NCBI GenBank assembly: GCA_905233465.1
Contig: CAJOEI010000025.1
Coordinates: 4,951-68,950 of the forward strand
Direction of reading: 5' to 3'
Length of the DNA: 64,000 bases
Source of the DNA: an uncultured Bacteroidaceae bacterium
GTDB taxonomy: Bacteria > Bacteroidota > Bacteroidia > Bacteroidales > Bacteroidaceae
A model generated the notes under the pieces. The model had not been told where the DNA came from. It was given only the letters and a program-made list of their open reading frames with translations, and did not search any database. The translations under genes and the position numbers were made by a program. Positions 37,101 through 45,639 of the stretch are shown here, in pieces. Numbering within the stretch: position 1 is the first letter of the stretch; every line of letters begins with the position of its first letter.

Positions 37101-37364
37101 CGTTGGCTCACCAGCAGCAACTATCTCTCGCTGAACAACCTCACCGTGGGTTACACCTTCCCCAAGAAGTGGATGCAGAAGCTCCAGGTTCGCTCACTGC
37201 GTATCTATTTCGCAGGCGAGAACCTCTTCCTGCTCACTGCCCGCAAGGGTCTTGATCCCCGCTACACCGTTGGTGTCGGCAGCTTCACCACTGGTGCAGG
37301 TATGGCTACAAGCTCTTACGCCACAATGCGTAGCGTCACAGCCGGTCTGACAGTGAAGTTCTAA
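34110..37364 (+). CDS. SusC/RagA family TonB-linked outer membrane protein
   Basis: Signal peptide; CarboxypepD_reg-like VTVKGTVISADDGEPLPGAAVKV; TonB-box/plug DEVMVVAYGTSKRSTFTGS; C-terminal F. No STN domain is present. ATG 34098 is an alternative start. Confidence 0.9.
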   Translation: MEKRLTMLMSSLFLCVGMAMAQVTVKGTVISADDGEPLPGAAVKVLGQKAGTTTDSNGQFTIQVPEEGTRLEFSHIGMLPRVIKGRNGMQIALDTDNRLLDEVMVVAYGTSKRSTFTGSATELKSEEITNHVSSTATNSLIGKVAGVQATGVSAGPGSSPTIRIRGIGSMEASTTPLYIIDGVPMAAAVVTINPNDIESMSVLKDASATALYGARAANGAIIITTKKAKGKQDAEVTFDAKWGSNSRLVPQYDVITDPGQYYETQYASLYNWRKNLGYSDQDAYRWANDNLFNGNNGGLGYQVYTIPEGQYLIGTNGKLNPKATLGYSDGEYYYTPDNWYDETYHNSFRQEYNVSVSGGTDRLSYYAGVGFLEDGGTVENSTYKRYTARTNVEYRAKKWLKLNTNMGFTHRDSQNPTYGTTWGSSGNLFYITNNMGPIYPLYVRNADGSLKVENGIQIYDSNQTGQVRPSMVGNAVRDNMYDRRRGYGDVFTGQWQATITPIEGLDIWAQLAAQSINSRTNYLYSRFGSGASVDGIAYTNHDRTFNINQQYMANYQKAFGQHNINILVGYENNRQTEQNLNGDKDHLFNPYVGELNNALSHTNEHVYSNTDHIFRQGVLGKVAYDFGERYFVDANIRRDGSSIFAPGHRWGTFGGVGLGWQINKEAFMANVEWVDLLKLKASFGANGNDGGMGYHAYSDFYTTSYNDETGEYSIAQTTKGNENLTWEKKKMFNVGVDFSLFKYRLNGTVEFYTGRTTDLLYTKDLPLSSGISARTYPTNIGTLLNRGIEVSLDGDIIRTKDFKWNINATLAHNHNEFLHLDPADEAAGGIKSGNRIIRVGGSMFQAYMLRYAGTYQGSYDGDITPVASAASNPLQPGQALWYARELDANGNETGKDIVVNSIDAADQYDLGSVLPKVIGGFGTSFEAYGVDLSAQFSYQLGGKTVDGAYQALMVNGRSQGQAIHKDQLNAWSTENPTSDIPRLVYGDADMSSQTASDRWLTSSNYLSLNNLTVGYTFPKKWMQKLQVRSLRIYFAGENLFLLTARKGLDPRYTVGVGSFTTGAGMATSSYATMRSVTAGLTVKF

Positions 37365-37402
37365 TTTATTCATCATTCATAATATTCATAACACAGAATT
37401 CT

Positions 37403-39112
37403 ATGAAACTATATAAGATTTCTCTTCTCGCGTTTGGTCTCGCCATGCTCACCACGGCGTGCAGCGACATGGACGAGCAGATCTATGAGGGCGGTTCACT
37501 CACGCCCGAGCAGCTCGCCGAGACCAACCTTGCTGTGCCCACACGTGTGGACGCTTCATTCGCGGGCATGTACAAGATGATGGCCGACGGCGGCAGCGGA
37601 CGTGTGTTCACCAACAGCAGCCGTGCTGACGACTTCGCCTTTGTCATGAGCATGATTTCACTCTCCCTCGAGGGTGCTGATGCTTTCGGTCAGGACAACA
37701 ACTACAACTGGTTCAGCGTTGCCAGCGAGTACTCCGACCGCGACCCCAACTATGCTAATCCCTACATCCGCTACACCACGCCTTACCGTAGCGCAGGTGT
37801 GGCCAACGGCCTCATCGCTAACCTCAGCGATGTGCTGGCTATCACGCCCGATGACGCTGCAACACGTGCCAAGCTCGGTCAGGCATACGCTATGCGTGCA
37901 TTCGACTATCTGGCTCTTGCACCCTACTTCCAGGGCAACTACGCCACCAGCGCCGACCAACCGTGTATTCCTCTGCTTGGCACTGACGCAGACTTCGACT
38001 ACACCAACAATCCCCGCGCCACAGTGCGTGAGGTGTATGCACAGATCATCTCCGACCTTGACAATGCCATTGAGTATCTCAAGGGTTGGGACCGCGGTGT
38101 TGACCCCGAAAACTACGAGGCTACAGCCAACATGAAGATGTACATCGACCGCAACGTGGCATTCGGTCTCCGCGCACGTGCTAATCTCTACATGGAGAAC
38201 TGGGCACAGGCAGCTGCTGACGCTGACTCCGCTATGGTCGGCTACACTCCCGCCAGCATCTCTGATGTCAGCCGTCCCGCTTTCTGCAGCCTGCAGGAGA
38301 AGAACTGGATCTGGGGTATCCTCCTCACCGAGGCTCAGGCCAGTGACTATGGCTATCGTTGCTGCGCAAGCTGGGTATCTGCCTTCACCGGCAGCGGCTA
38401 TGGCCCTGCTACCACCAACACACCGTGCATCAACCAGCTGCTCTACGACAAGATTCCTGACACCGACGTCCGCAAGGGCTGGTGGCTCGACGCTACCAAG
38501 CACTCCGACAACTGGGCAGACCAGGTGTGGACAGACCCCAAAAACGGCAACACAGCTAAGGGTGACGATATCGCAGACTTCACCGATGCCAATGGTGACA
38601 AGGTTGAGTTCTTGCCCTACACCAACATCAAGTTTGGTATGAAGAGCGGATGCTCCTCCACCAAGAACGATAATGACTGGCCCCTGATGCGTGTTGAGGA
38701 GATGATTCTCATCAAGGCCGAGGGTCTGGCAAAGAGTGGCAAGGAGGCCGAAGGCCGTGCAGTGCTCGAGAGCTTCGTGAAGAACTATCGTGATCCCTCC
38801 TACAGCAGCACCGCCGGTGGTCGCTCACTGGCCGACGAGATCTGGTACCAGCGCCGCGTAGAGCTCTGGATGGAAGGCTTCGATGTTGCTGATGCTCGTC
38901 GTCTGGGCAAGCCCATCGTGCGCTTCATCCCCGGCCGCGAGAGCAACGTGCCCGAGGCATTCAAGTTCAATATCGCAGCTGACGATCCTTGGATGAACAT
39001 GCGCTTCCCGCAGACTGAGGTTGATGCCAACCACGGCATCGTGGACAACACCGGTGGCGCTCAGCCCACCAGCGGACAGAATCCTGACCTGCGCGACGGC
39101 GTGACCGACTAA
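37403..39112 (+). CDS. SusD/RagB family nutrient-binding outer membrane lipoprotein
   Basis: Lipoprotein signal LLAFGLAMLTTAC. SusD-type motif EIWYQRRVELWMEGFDVADARRLG. Confidence 0.88.
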   Translation: MKLYKISLLAFGLAMLTTACSDMDEQIYEGGSLTPEQLAETNLAVPTRVDASFAGMYKMMADGGSGRVFTNSSRADDFAFVMSMISLSLEGADAFGQDNNYNWFSVASEYSDRDPNYANPYIRYTTPYRSAGVANGLIANLSDVLAITPDDAATRAKLGQAYAMRAFDYLALAPYFQGNYATSADQPCIPLLGTDADFDYTNNPRATVREVYAQIISDLDNAIEYLKGWDRGVDPENYEATANMKMYIDRNVAFGLRARANLYMENWAQAAADADSAMVGYTPASISDVSRPAFCSLQEKNWIWGILLTEAQASDYGYRCCASWVSAFTGSGYGPATTNTPCINQLLYDKIPDTDVRKGWWLDATKHSDNWADQVWTDPKNGNTAKGDDIADFTDANGDKVEFLPYTNIKFGMKSGCSSTKNDNDWPLMRVEEMILIKAEGLAKSGKEAEGRAVLESFVKNYRDPSYSSTAGGRSLADEIWYQRRVELWMEGFDVADARRLGKPIVRFIPGRESNVPEAFKFNIAADDPWMNMRFPQTEVDANHGIVDNTGGAQPTSGQNPDLRDGVTD

Positions 39113-39176
39113 TGTTAAAGCATTACGCTTTTGCTATTCAAGAATTGAACAAAAACAAATAATTCAAGCAAGATTT

Positions 39177-41414
39177 ATGAAAAAGCATATAATTTTTGCA
39201 TTGTCGGCCGTGCTCGCCCTCGGTTTCAACTCCTGTAAGGATGATGAGACCATCGAGGTAGGTAAGTGGGACTCCAGTGCCGACTATGCCGTTGTGTCGT
39301 TCGTTGAGACAAACAAGTCTACAGAACTCGACCCAGCCGCAGAAACCACTGTCACTCTGCACATGAGCCGCCGCAACCCCGAACTGAGTGAGGTGCTCGA
39401 TGCAGAGGAGGAACGAGTGAACCAATTGCTCGAAGAAGAAGAGAAGAACAAGAACGCTCAGCTCGAAGACACCACTCTGACTGATGCGCAGCGTGCAGAA
39501 ATCGACAGTCTGTATAAGCAGACCGTTAAAGACATCATGGCTGCCTACGATGAATTTGTGGATTCCAAGTGCAAGGCTAATCTTGACTCCATCGTAGTCC
39601 CCATCGTCATCACTAATGGCATGGACAGCATCTTCACCATCTCTCCCGCCACCTTCAAGCAGGGTGAATGGGTTGGTGAATACACCATCAGCTTCCCCGA
39701 AGCCAAGATTGGTACTACATACGAAGTACAGTATGCTGTGACCGACAGAAGTTATGTGTCATCCTACAGCGAAGATGCCACTGCATCATTCACTGTCACT
39801 CGTGTTAAGTGGGTGTCCATCGGTACTGCAGATTTCCATGATTATTATTACTTCTCAGACGCTGAGCTTTACGTAGGTAACAGCAGTAAAGTTGATGTTT
39901 TGATGAAAGATGGTGATCCCACCAAGTTCCGCATTATGCATCCCTATGATGGCATTCTTGCAGGTTTACAGAGTGCTACTCCTTCCGAGTACACCGAACT
40001 CACTCTTCTCAAGGTTGGCGACAAGCTTGAAGGTGTGAATATTACAACTGAGGATCTTGTCTATTTCACTCGTATTTCCACAGGCTATGTTCATCGAACT
40101 TATGGCGTGAACATCATTTGCTGGCATCCTGCCGACCTGTATGCCTCACCTACAGAGAGCCTCTACCTCGCCAGCCGCGTGCTCGGCTACCAGAAGAAGA
40201 CCATCGAGGGTAAGGAATACACCATTCCCGGTGCCATCAACCTCGCTCCTTACTTCTATATGAGTGGCGTTGGTGGTTGGAATGCCACTGGCGAAGAGAA
40301 GTGCATCCAGATTATCATGGATGGCTACAAGCTCAAGTATGAGGCCAGCCTGTTCAACCAGGGTGACTTCCAGTGGGAGAAGGTTATGGATGGTCTGTTC
40401 ACTTCCAATCAGCTCAAGTCCAAATCAGAAGCTTCTCTCTACAAGGGCACATGCGTGGCTACTCAGGACAATGCAGACTCAACGTTCCATGCCAACTATG
40501 GTACTCCCTACATCCTCTCTGAGCCTTACGCTGAGGATTATGACATCGTGTTCTTTGTCAAGGACGGCCGTATCCAGATGCCTAAGGACTATGATGATTA
40601 CTTCGGCATGCAGGAGCTGGGCTTTGAGGCTGCAGGTATGCCTGTCTATGGCACTATCAACGGTTCATCGTCTTCCTTCTCTGACAGCGAGGTGAAGCTC
40701 AACATCACCTTCCAGGCTGAGCGTGAGTATGTCAACGCCAATAACCGTAAGGCTTACGAGTATATTACTCTGGACACCAACGACGAAATCCTGGCTAACA
40801 TGAGTTGGAATCCTGTCGGCACAGCAACATACTATTATATGGAAGTTGATGAGGAAGACAATGTCTCTTATGAAGAAGACCCAGGCTATATCGTCAAGCA
40901 GCGCAGCGACAACCCCGAGGCGTTTATGATTGAAGACTGGTACGCCGGCGGCACACTTGAGTTCACATGGAACCAGACGACCAATGCCGTCAGCGTGCCT
41001 ATGTGTGAAACAGGTTATGAACATCCCAGCTATGGAATGATTTATGTCTGTGACGTCGCCACCTATCCTAATAGCGCCGATTATGGCTGGTCCAGCGAGG
41101 ATTCTCCCTCAGTATATGACCCCGAGACCAACACCTTCATCTTCCGTCTCGTGTACTTCGTAAATGCTGGCACATTCGGCCTCTACGAGGATAAGATGGT
41201 TGTTGAATGGAGTACTTCCGAGGCCAAGGCTCCTCTGAAGAAGGCTGCCCGCACAATGCCTAAATACTTCAACCTCCAGAAGGGAGCGAAAGTGTTTGGC
41301 AAGTATGGCAACTATTCCCGCAAGGCTAAGAGCGGCAAGAAGGCCAAGAAGACTGGCATGTTCGAGAAGAAGGCACCCGTCTTCTCCGCTGATCGCGCTG
41401 GCATTAAGTTCTAA
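39177..41414 (+). CDS. surface lipoprotein of unknown function in the SusE/F position
   Basis: Lipobox ALGFNSC. An acidic coiled-coil-like segment (DAEEERVNQLLEEEEKNKNAQLED) is followed by about 600 aa of beta-rich sequence. The tail is Lys-rich. Confidence 0.6.
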   Translation: MKKHIIFALSAVLALGFNSCKDDETIEVGKWDSSADYAVVSFVETNKSTELDPAAETTVTLHMSRRNPELSEVLDAEEERVNQLLEEEEKNKNAQLEDTTLTDAQRAEIDSLYKQTVKDIMAAYDEFVDSKCKANLDSIVVPIVITNGMDSIFTISPATFKQGEWVGEYTISFPEAKIGTTYEVQYAVTDRSYVSSYSEDATASFTVTRVKWVSIGTADFHDYYYFSDAELYVGNSSKVDVLMKDGDPTKFRIMHPYDGILAGLQSATPSEYTELTLLKVGDKLEGVNITTEDLVYFTRISTGYVHRTYGVNIICWHPADLYASPTESLYLASRVLGYQKKTIEGKEYTIPGAINLAPYFYMSGVGGWNATGEEKCIQIIMDGYKLKYEASLFNQGDFQWEKVMDGLFTSNQLKSKSEASLYKGTCVATQDNADSTFHANYGTPYILSEPYAEDYDIVFFVKDGRIQMPKDYDDYFGMQELGFEAAGMPVYGTINGSSSSFSDSEVKLNITFQAEREYVNANNRKAYEYITLDTNDEILANMSWNPVGTATYYYMEVDEEDNVSYEEDPGYIVKQRSDNPEAFMIEDWYAGGTLEFTWNQTTNAVSVPMCETGYEHPSYGMIYVCDVATYPNSADYGWSSEDSPSVYDPETNTFIFRLVYFVNAGTFGLYEDKMVVEWSTSEAKAPLKKAARTMPKYFNLQKGAKVFGKYGNYSRKAKSGKKAKKTGMFEKKAPVFSADRAGIKF

Positions 41415-41436
41415 TACTTATTACCACAATATCTTT

Positions 41437-41476
41437 ATGGCTTGCGACCCACTCAGGGCCGCAAGCCATTGTTTTT
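41437..41476 (+). terminator. rho-independent terminator after the lipoprotein gene
   Basis: ATGGCTTGCG-N13-CGCAAGCCAT is a perfect 10-bp stem, followed by TGTTTTT. Confidence 0.8.
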
Positions 41477-41543
41477 ATTACATTTGTTTTTCAGCACCAA
41501 AAGGAAAAAGAGCAAAATGTTTGGCATTTTGTGGGTTAATGTC

Positions 41544-41551
41544 TAATTTTG
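41544..41551 (+). promoter_or_regulatory. candidate -7 box TAATTTTG for the C10 peptidase gene
   Basis: Matches TAnnTTTG 32 nt upstream of ATG 41583. Confidence 0.5.
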
Positions 41552-41582
41552 CACCCGCTTTATTGTAAGAACCCAACAACTT

Positions 41583-43346
41583 ATGAAAAAGATAGTTTTA
41601 TTTCTCGGATTAACAGTCCTTACATGGTCAGCTGCTGCTGCATCACGCAGCATCGAGGAGATGCGCACCATCGCGGCCAAGCAACTGCATCGCAGCATGT
41701 CAGCCACAACCGCACGCCGCATGTCGGCTGCGGCACAGTCGCCACGACTCCTGCGCATCACCGATGCCTATGCAGTCTTTGCACCAGCCGACAACGAGAG
41801 TTTTGTCATCATCAGCCGCGACGAGAGTCGCAGGCCTGTGCTGGGATATGCTGCAACGCCGTTCCCAACAACTGACATGCCCGACGGACTGCAATGGTAT
41901 CTCCAGCAGGTAGAACTGACGGCAAACAGTCAGCAGTCATCACGCCGCAACGCTGCCACCTACACTGCAACAGAGAATTTCGTCACTACGACATGGGATC
42001 AGGGTCATCCCTTCAACTTGCTCACACCCAACAAGTACCCATCAGGCTGTGTGGCAACGTCCATAGCACAGTGTATGAACTACTGCCAATGGCCAGAATC
42101 AGCTGAGTTCGAAGGCACATGCAGGGTTACTAAGATTGTGAATCACAGGGAAAAGTCAGAACGCCAGACGTTAGACATCAGTTCAACCTACACTTGGCCT
42201 TATAAGGACAACTACAGTAACAGAGGCCGCACTCAGGACAACATCGCCGAGTTGCTTCGCGACTGCGGCTATGCCACCTACATGAATTATTCAGACGATG
42301 GCAGCGGCACTGCCAGCTATCTTGCCGGAATAGCTCTGACACATATCTTCAACTATCCAGATGCATGCATACGCTATCGTCCACGTGACTATTGCACCTC
42401 GCAGGACGAATGGGCACAGATTATCTACGACGAGTTGATGGCCAAGCGACCTGTCTACTATGGTGCCAGCGACGAATCATTTGGTGGTCACGCTTTCCTG
42501 CTCAGCGGCATTGACGAGGATGGACTGGTATATGTCAACTGGGGCTGGCGCGGTACAGCCGACGGCTTCTTCGACCTCGCCGACCTCAACCCCAAGCAAG
42601 GCTCACGCGAGATGCATTTCAACAACGGTGCTGATATCGTCTTTGGCTTCAAGCCTATAGCCGAAGCCGACGACAAGCCCGAGGTACTGATATATGCCTA
42701 TAGTGGCAAGCCCTACACCTTCCGATGGGGCACCGCTACCGATGATGATGAAGTGGAACACCATACACTCTACTGCGAACTGCCATACGGTTTCCTCAAT
42801 GTTCAACCAGCAGACTTCAATGGCGTGTTCGGCCTCTTTGCTGACGACCTCACAGACGGTTCCTCATGGGTCATTGCACCAGAACTGCGCGACCCGGAAG
42901 AGATACCTTCAGGCTACGGGTATTGCGGCGATGAAGAGCAGTGGGCCGACTTCGCATTCTACTACTACATCGACGGCGAGGCTGGCCTGACACCAGGTCA
43001 CACCTATCGCATGAGCTTCGGCTCCTACGACCCGCGCGAGGGTCGCTGGCACAGCATTATGAGCGATTATGGCGAAGTGGCATACGAGATAACCTACACT
43101 GGCGACCCTGCCACAAGTACTGTCAGCGAGGACTACACCACACCACCCGTACTCACTGGCATCTACAGCGTGAAGGCTGACGGCAACAACCATATCGATG
43201 CCTTCTCTGCCGTCACACGCGTCTATGACCAGACTGGACGCCTCGTCCACACTGCTCCCACAGCACACTTCAACCTCTGGAACGTGACCACACGCGGCAT
43301 CCTCATCGTGGATGACGGACGCACACGCCGCAAGGTGGTGAGATAA
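41583..43346 (+). CDS. C10 family cysteine peptidase (streptopain-like) with propeptide and T9SS C-terminal sorting domain
   Basis: Signal peptide and Spi/propeptide-like region (FVIISRDESRRPVLGYA). Catalytic Cys context TTWDQGHPFNLLTPNKYPSGCVATSIAQCMNYCQWP. His context GGHAFLLSGIDEDGLVYVNWGWRG. CTD-like tail VYDQTGRLV...GILIVDDGRTRRKVVR. Confidence 0.82.
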   Translation: MKKIVLFLGLTVLTWSAAAASRSIEEMRTIAAKQLHRSMSATTARRMSAAAQSPRLLRITDAYAVFAPADNESFVIISRDESRRPVLGYAATPFPTTDMPDGLQWYLQQVELTANSQQSSRRNAATYTATENFVTTTWDQGHPFNLLTPNKYPSGCVATSIAQCMNYCQWPESAEFEGTCRVTKIVNHREKSERQTLDISSTYTWPYKDNYSNRGRTQDNIAELLRDCGYATYMNYSDDGSGTASYLAGIALTHIFNYPDACIRYRPRDYCTSQDEWAQIIYDELMAKRPVYYGASDESFGGHAFLLSGIDEDGLVYVNWGWRGTADGFFDLADLNPKQGSREMHFNNGADIVFGFKPIAEADDKPEVLIYAYSGKPYTFRWGTATDDDEVEHHTLYCELPYGFLNVQPADFNGVFGLFADDLTDGSSWVIAPELRDPEEIPSGYGYCGDEEQWADFAFYYYIDGEAGLTPGHTYRMSFGSYDPREGRWHSIMSDYGEVAYEITYTGDPATSTVSEDYTTPPVLTGIYSVKADGNNHIDAFSAVTRVYDQTGRLVHTAPTAHFNLWNVTTRGILIVDDGRTRRKVVR

Positions 43347-43377
43347 TCTTTTCAATAACAACTAACAACATACTCGC

Positions 43378-45567
43378 ATGAAACGTATTCTCTTGCCTCT
43401 GCTGGCACTTACTGTCTCGCTGACAGCCGCTGCCAGAGACGTGTTTGTCAACACACCGCGCACCACACTCATGCTCTCAGCCAACGAGGGCCAGACACCC
43501 CGCATACACTACTACGGCTCGCGTCTGCGTGCCGAACAGGCACAGGAGGTGTACGATGCTATGAGCATCAACTACGATGCCTATCCCGCCTTCGGACGCT
43601 ATAGCTTCGATGAGACGGCTCTCAGCGTGACACACGCCGACGGCAATATGTCCACCGAACTCGCCATCACAGGCGTGCGCACCGACGGCGACATGACCAT
43701 CATTGCGATGAAGGACAAGAAATACGACTTCTATGTTGACCTCTACTACAAGGCCAACGCCGAGAGCGATGTCATCGAGACGTGGACTGTGCTGCGCAAT
43801 GGCGAGAAGAAGCCTGTCAAGTTGGAGCAGTATGCCAGCGGCGTCGTCACCATGCGTCAGGAGGCACTGCGCGTGGGCGATGGCACCTCAGCCAAGGGTG
43901 CATGGCTCACACATTTCCACGGCGCATGGGGTCAGGAGGCACAGATGACCGAGGAGCCTCTCACACAGGGCCTGAAGACCATCGTCAACCACGACGGTGT
44001 GCGCACGGCAATGAACGACCGAGCCGAGGTGATGATCTCGCTCGACGGCCGTCCTTGCGAGAACAGTGGCCGCGTCATCGGCGCTGCCCTCTGTTGGACA
44101 GGTAACTACAAGCTGCGCATCGAGACGCGAGGCCACTACCGCCACACGCTCATCGCTGGCATCGACGACCTGCACACAGCCTATATCCTCAAGCCTGGCG
44201 AGACGTTCCGCACACCAGAGTTGGCCATGACCTACAGCGAAGAGGGCAAGGGCGGCGTCAGCCGCGCCTTCCATCGTTGGGGCCGAGCCGGCAAGCTGCA
44301 CAACGGCCGTGCGCTGCGCGACATTCTGCTCAACTCGTGGGAGGGTGTCTACATGAATGTCAACCAGGAGGTGTGCGAGCAGATGATGGACGGCTTACGC
44401 GAGCTTGGCGGTGAACTCTTCGTTGTCGACGACGGATGGTTTGGCCGCAAATACCGCCGCACCGACGACACACAGGGCTTGGGCGACTGGGTGACCGACA
44501 CCGAGAAACTTCCCAATGGCGTGCCGGCACTGCTCAAGGCTGCCGAGGACCGCGGCCTGAAGTTCGGCATCTGGATAGAACCCGAGATGACCAACAGCAA
44601 GAGCGAGCTCTACGAGCAGCATCCAGACTGGGTAGTTGCACATCCCACACGCGAGCTGGCCAAGGGTCGCGGCGGCACACAGCTCGTGCTGGATATGTCC
44701 AATCCCAAGGTGCAGGACTTTGTGGTGGCCGTTGTTGACAACCTCGTCAAGGAGAACCCCACACTGCACTACATCAAGTGGGACTGCAACATGTCGATGC
44801 AGAACTTCGGTAGCTCATATCTCACCGCAGACCGCCAAAGCCATCTCTTCGTGGACTTCCATCTCGGACTGCGCAAGGCTTTGGAGCGCATTCGCGCCGC
44901 ACATCCCAACCTCGTCATCCAGCTGTGCAGCAGCGGCGGCGGACGCGTCAACTGGGGCTTCATGCCTTACTTTGACGAGTTCTGGTGCTCCGACAACACC
45001 GATGCCCAGCAGCGACTCTTCATCCAGTGGGGCACCAGCCATTTCTTCCCCACGATGGCTATGGCACAGCACGTCAGCGCCTCGCCCAACCACCAGACAG
45101 GCCGCGTCATCCCGCTCAAGTTCCGCTTTGATGTTGCCATGACTGGACGCCTCGGCATGGAGATGAAACCCAGCGACCTCAACGACCAGGAACGCGAATA
45201 TGCCAAGAGAGCCGTGGCCTTCTACAAGGAGATCCGCCCCACCATACAGCTCGGCGACCAGTATCGCCTTATCTCGCCATACGAGGGCAATGGTTTCTGC
45301 AGCGAGATGTTTGTCACAGAGGACAAGAGCGAGGCCGTGTTCTTCTGCTACAAGTTTGAGAACTACGTCGGTCTCGATGCTCCGCGTTGGCACATGGCCG
45401 GGCTCGACCCCAATGCCACCTATCGTCTTGAGGAGTTCGCCTTGCGCGAGCGTCAGCACTATTTCGAGGGCAAGACCTTCTCTGGCAAGTTCCTCATGGA
45501 GACGGGCTTTGATGCCAGCCTCAGCGGACAGTTTGCCAGCCGCGTCATTCGACTTCGCAAAGTATAA
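43378..45567 (+). CDS. alpha-galactosidase, GH36
   Basis: Contains LLNSWEGVYMNVNQE, FVVDDGWFGRKYRRTDDTQGLGDW, GLKFGIWIEPEM and YIKWDCN. A signal peptide is present. Confidence 0.85.
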   Translation: MKRILLPLLALTVSLTAAARDVFVNTPRTTLMLSANEGQTPRIHYYGSRLRAEQAQEVYDAMSINYDAYPAFGRYSFDETALSVTHADGNMSTELAITGVRTDGDMTIIAMKDKKYDFYVDLYYKANAESDVIETWTVLRNGEKKPVKLEQYASGVVTMRQEALRVGDGTSAKGAWLTHFHGAWGQEAQMTEEPLTQGLKTIVNHDGVRTAMNDRAEVMISLDGRPCENSGRVIGAALCWTGNYKLRIETRGHYRHTLIAGIDDLHTAYILKPGETFRTPELAMTYSEEGKGGVSRAFHRWGRAGKLHNGRALRDILLNSWEGVYMNVNQEVCEQMMDGLRELGGELFVVDDGWFGRKYRRTDDTQGLGDWVTDTEKLPNGVPALLKAAEDRGLKFGIWIEPEMTNSKSELYEQHPDWVVAHPTRELAKGRGGTQLVLDMSNPKVQDFVVAVVDNLVKENPTLHYIKWDCNMSMQNFGSSYLTADRQSHLFVDFHLGLRKALERIRAAHPNLVIQLCSSGGGRVNWGFMPYFDEFWCSDNTDAQQRLFIQWGTSHFFPTMAMAQHVSASPNHQTGRVIPLKFRFDVAMTGRLGMEMKPSDLNDQEREYAKRAVAFYKEIRPTIQLGDQYRLISPYEGNGFCSEMFVTEDKSEAVFFCYKFENYVGLDAPRWHMAGLDPNATYRLEEFALRERQHYFEGKTFSGKFLMETGFDASLSGQFASRVIRLRKV

Positions 45568-45593
45568 AGAGTTTAATACGATTCTATTACACC

Positions 45594-45630
45594 TAATTGT
45601 CCCCATAGACCGCGTCTATGGGGACAATTA
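45594..45630. terminator. bidirectional terminator hairpin between convergent genes
   Basis: TAATTGTCCCCATAGAC-CGC-GTCTATGGGGACAATTA is a perfect 17-bp stem with a 3-nt loop. Confidence 0.75.
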
Positions 45631-45639
45631 TACTTATAA

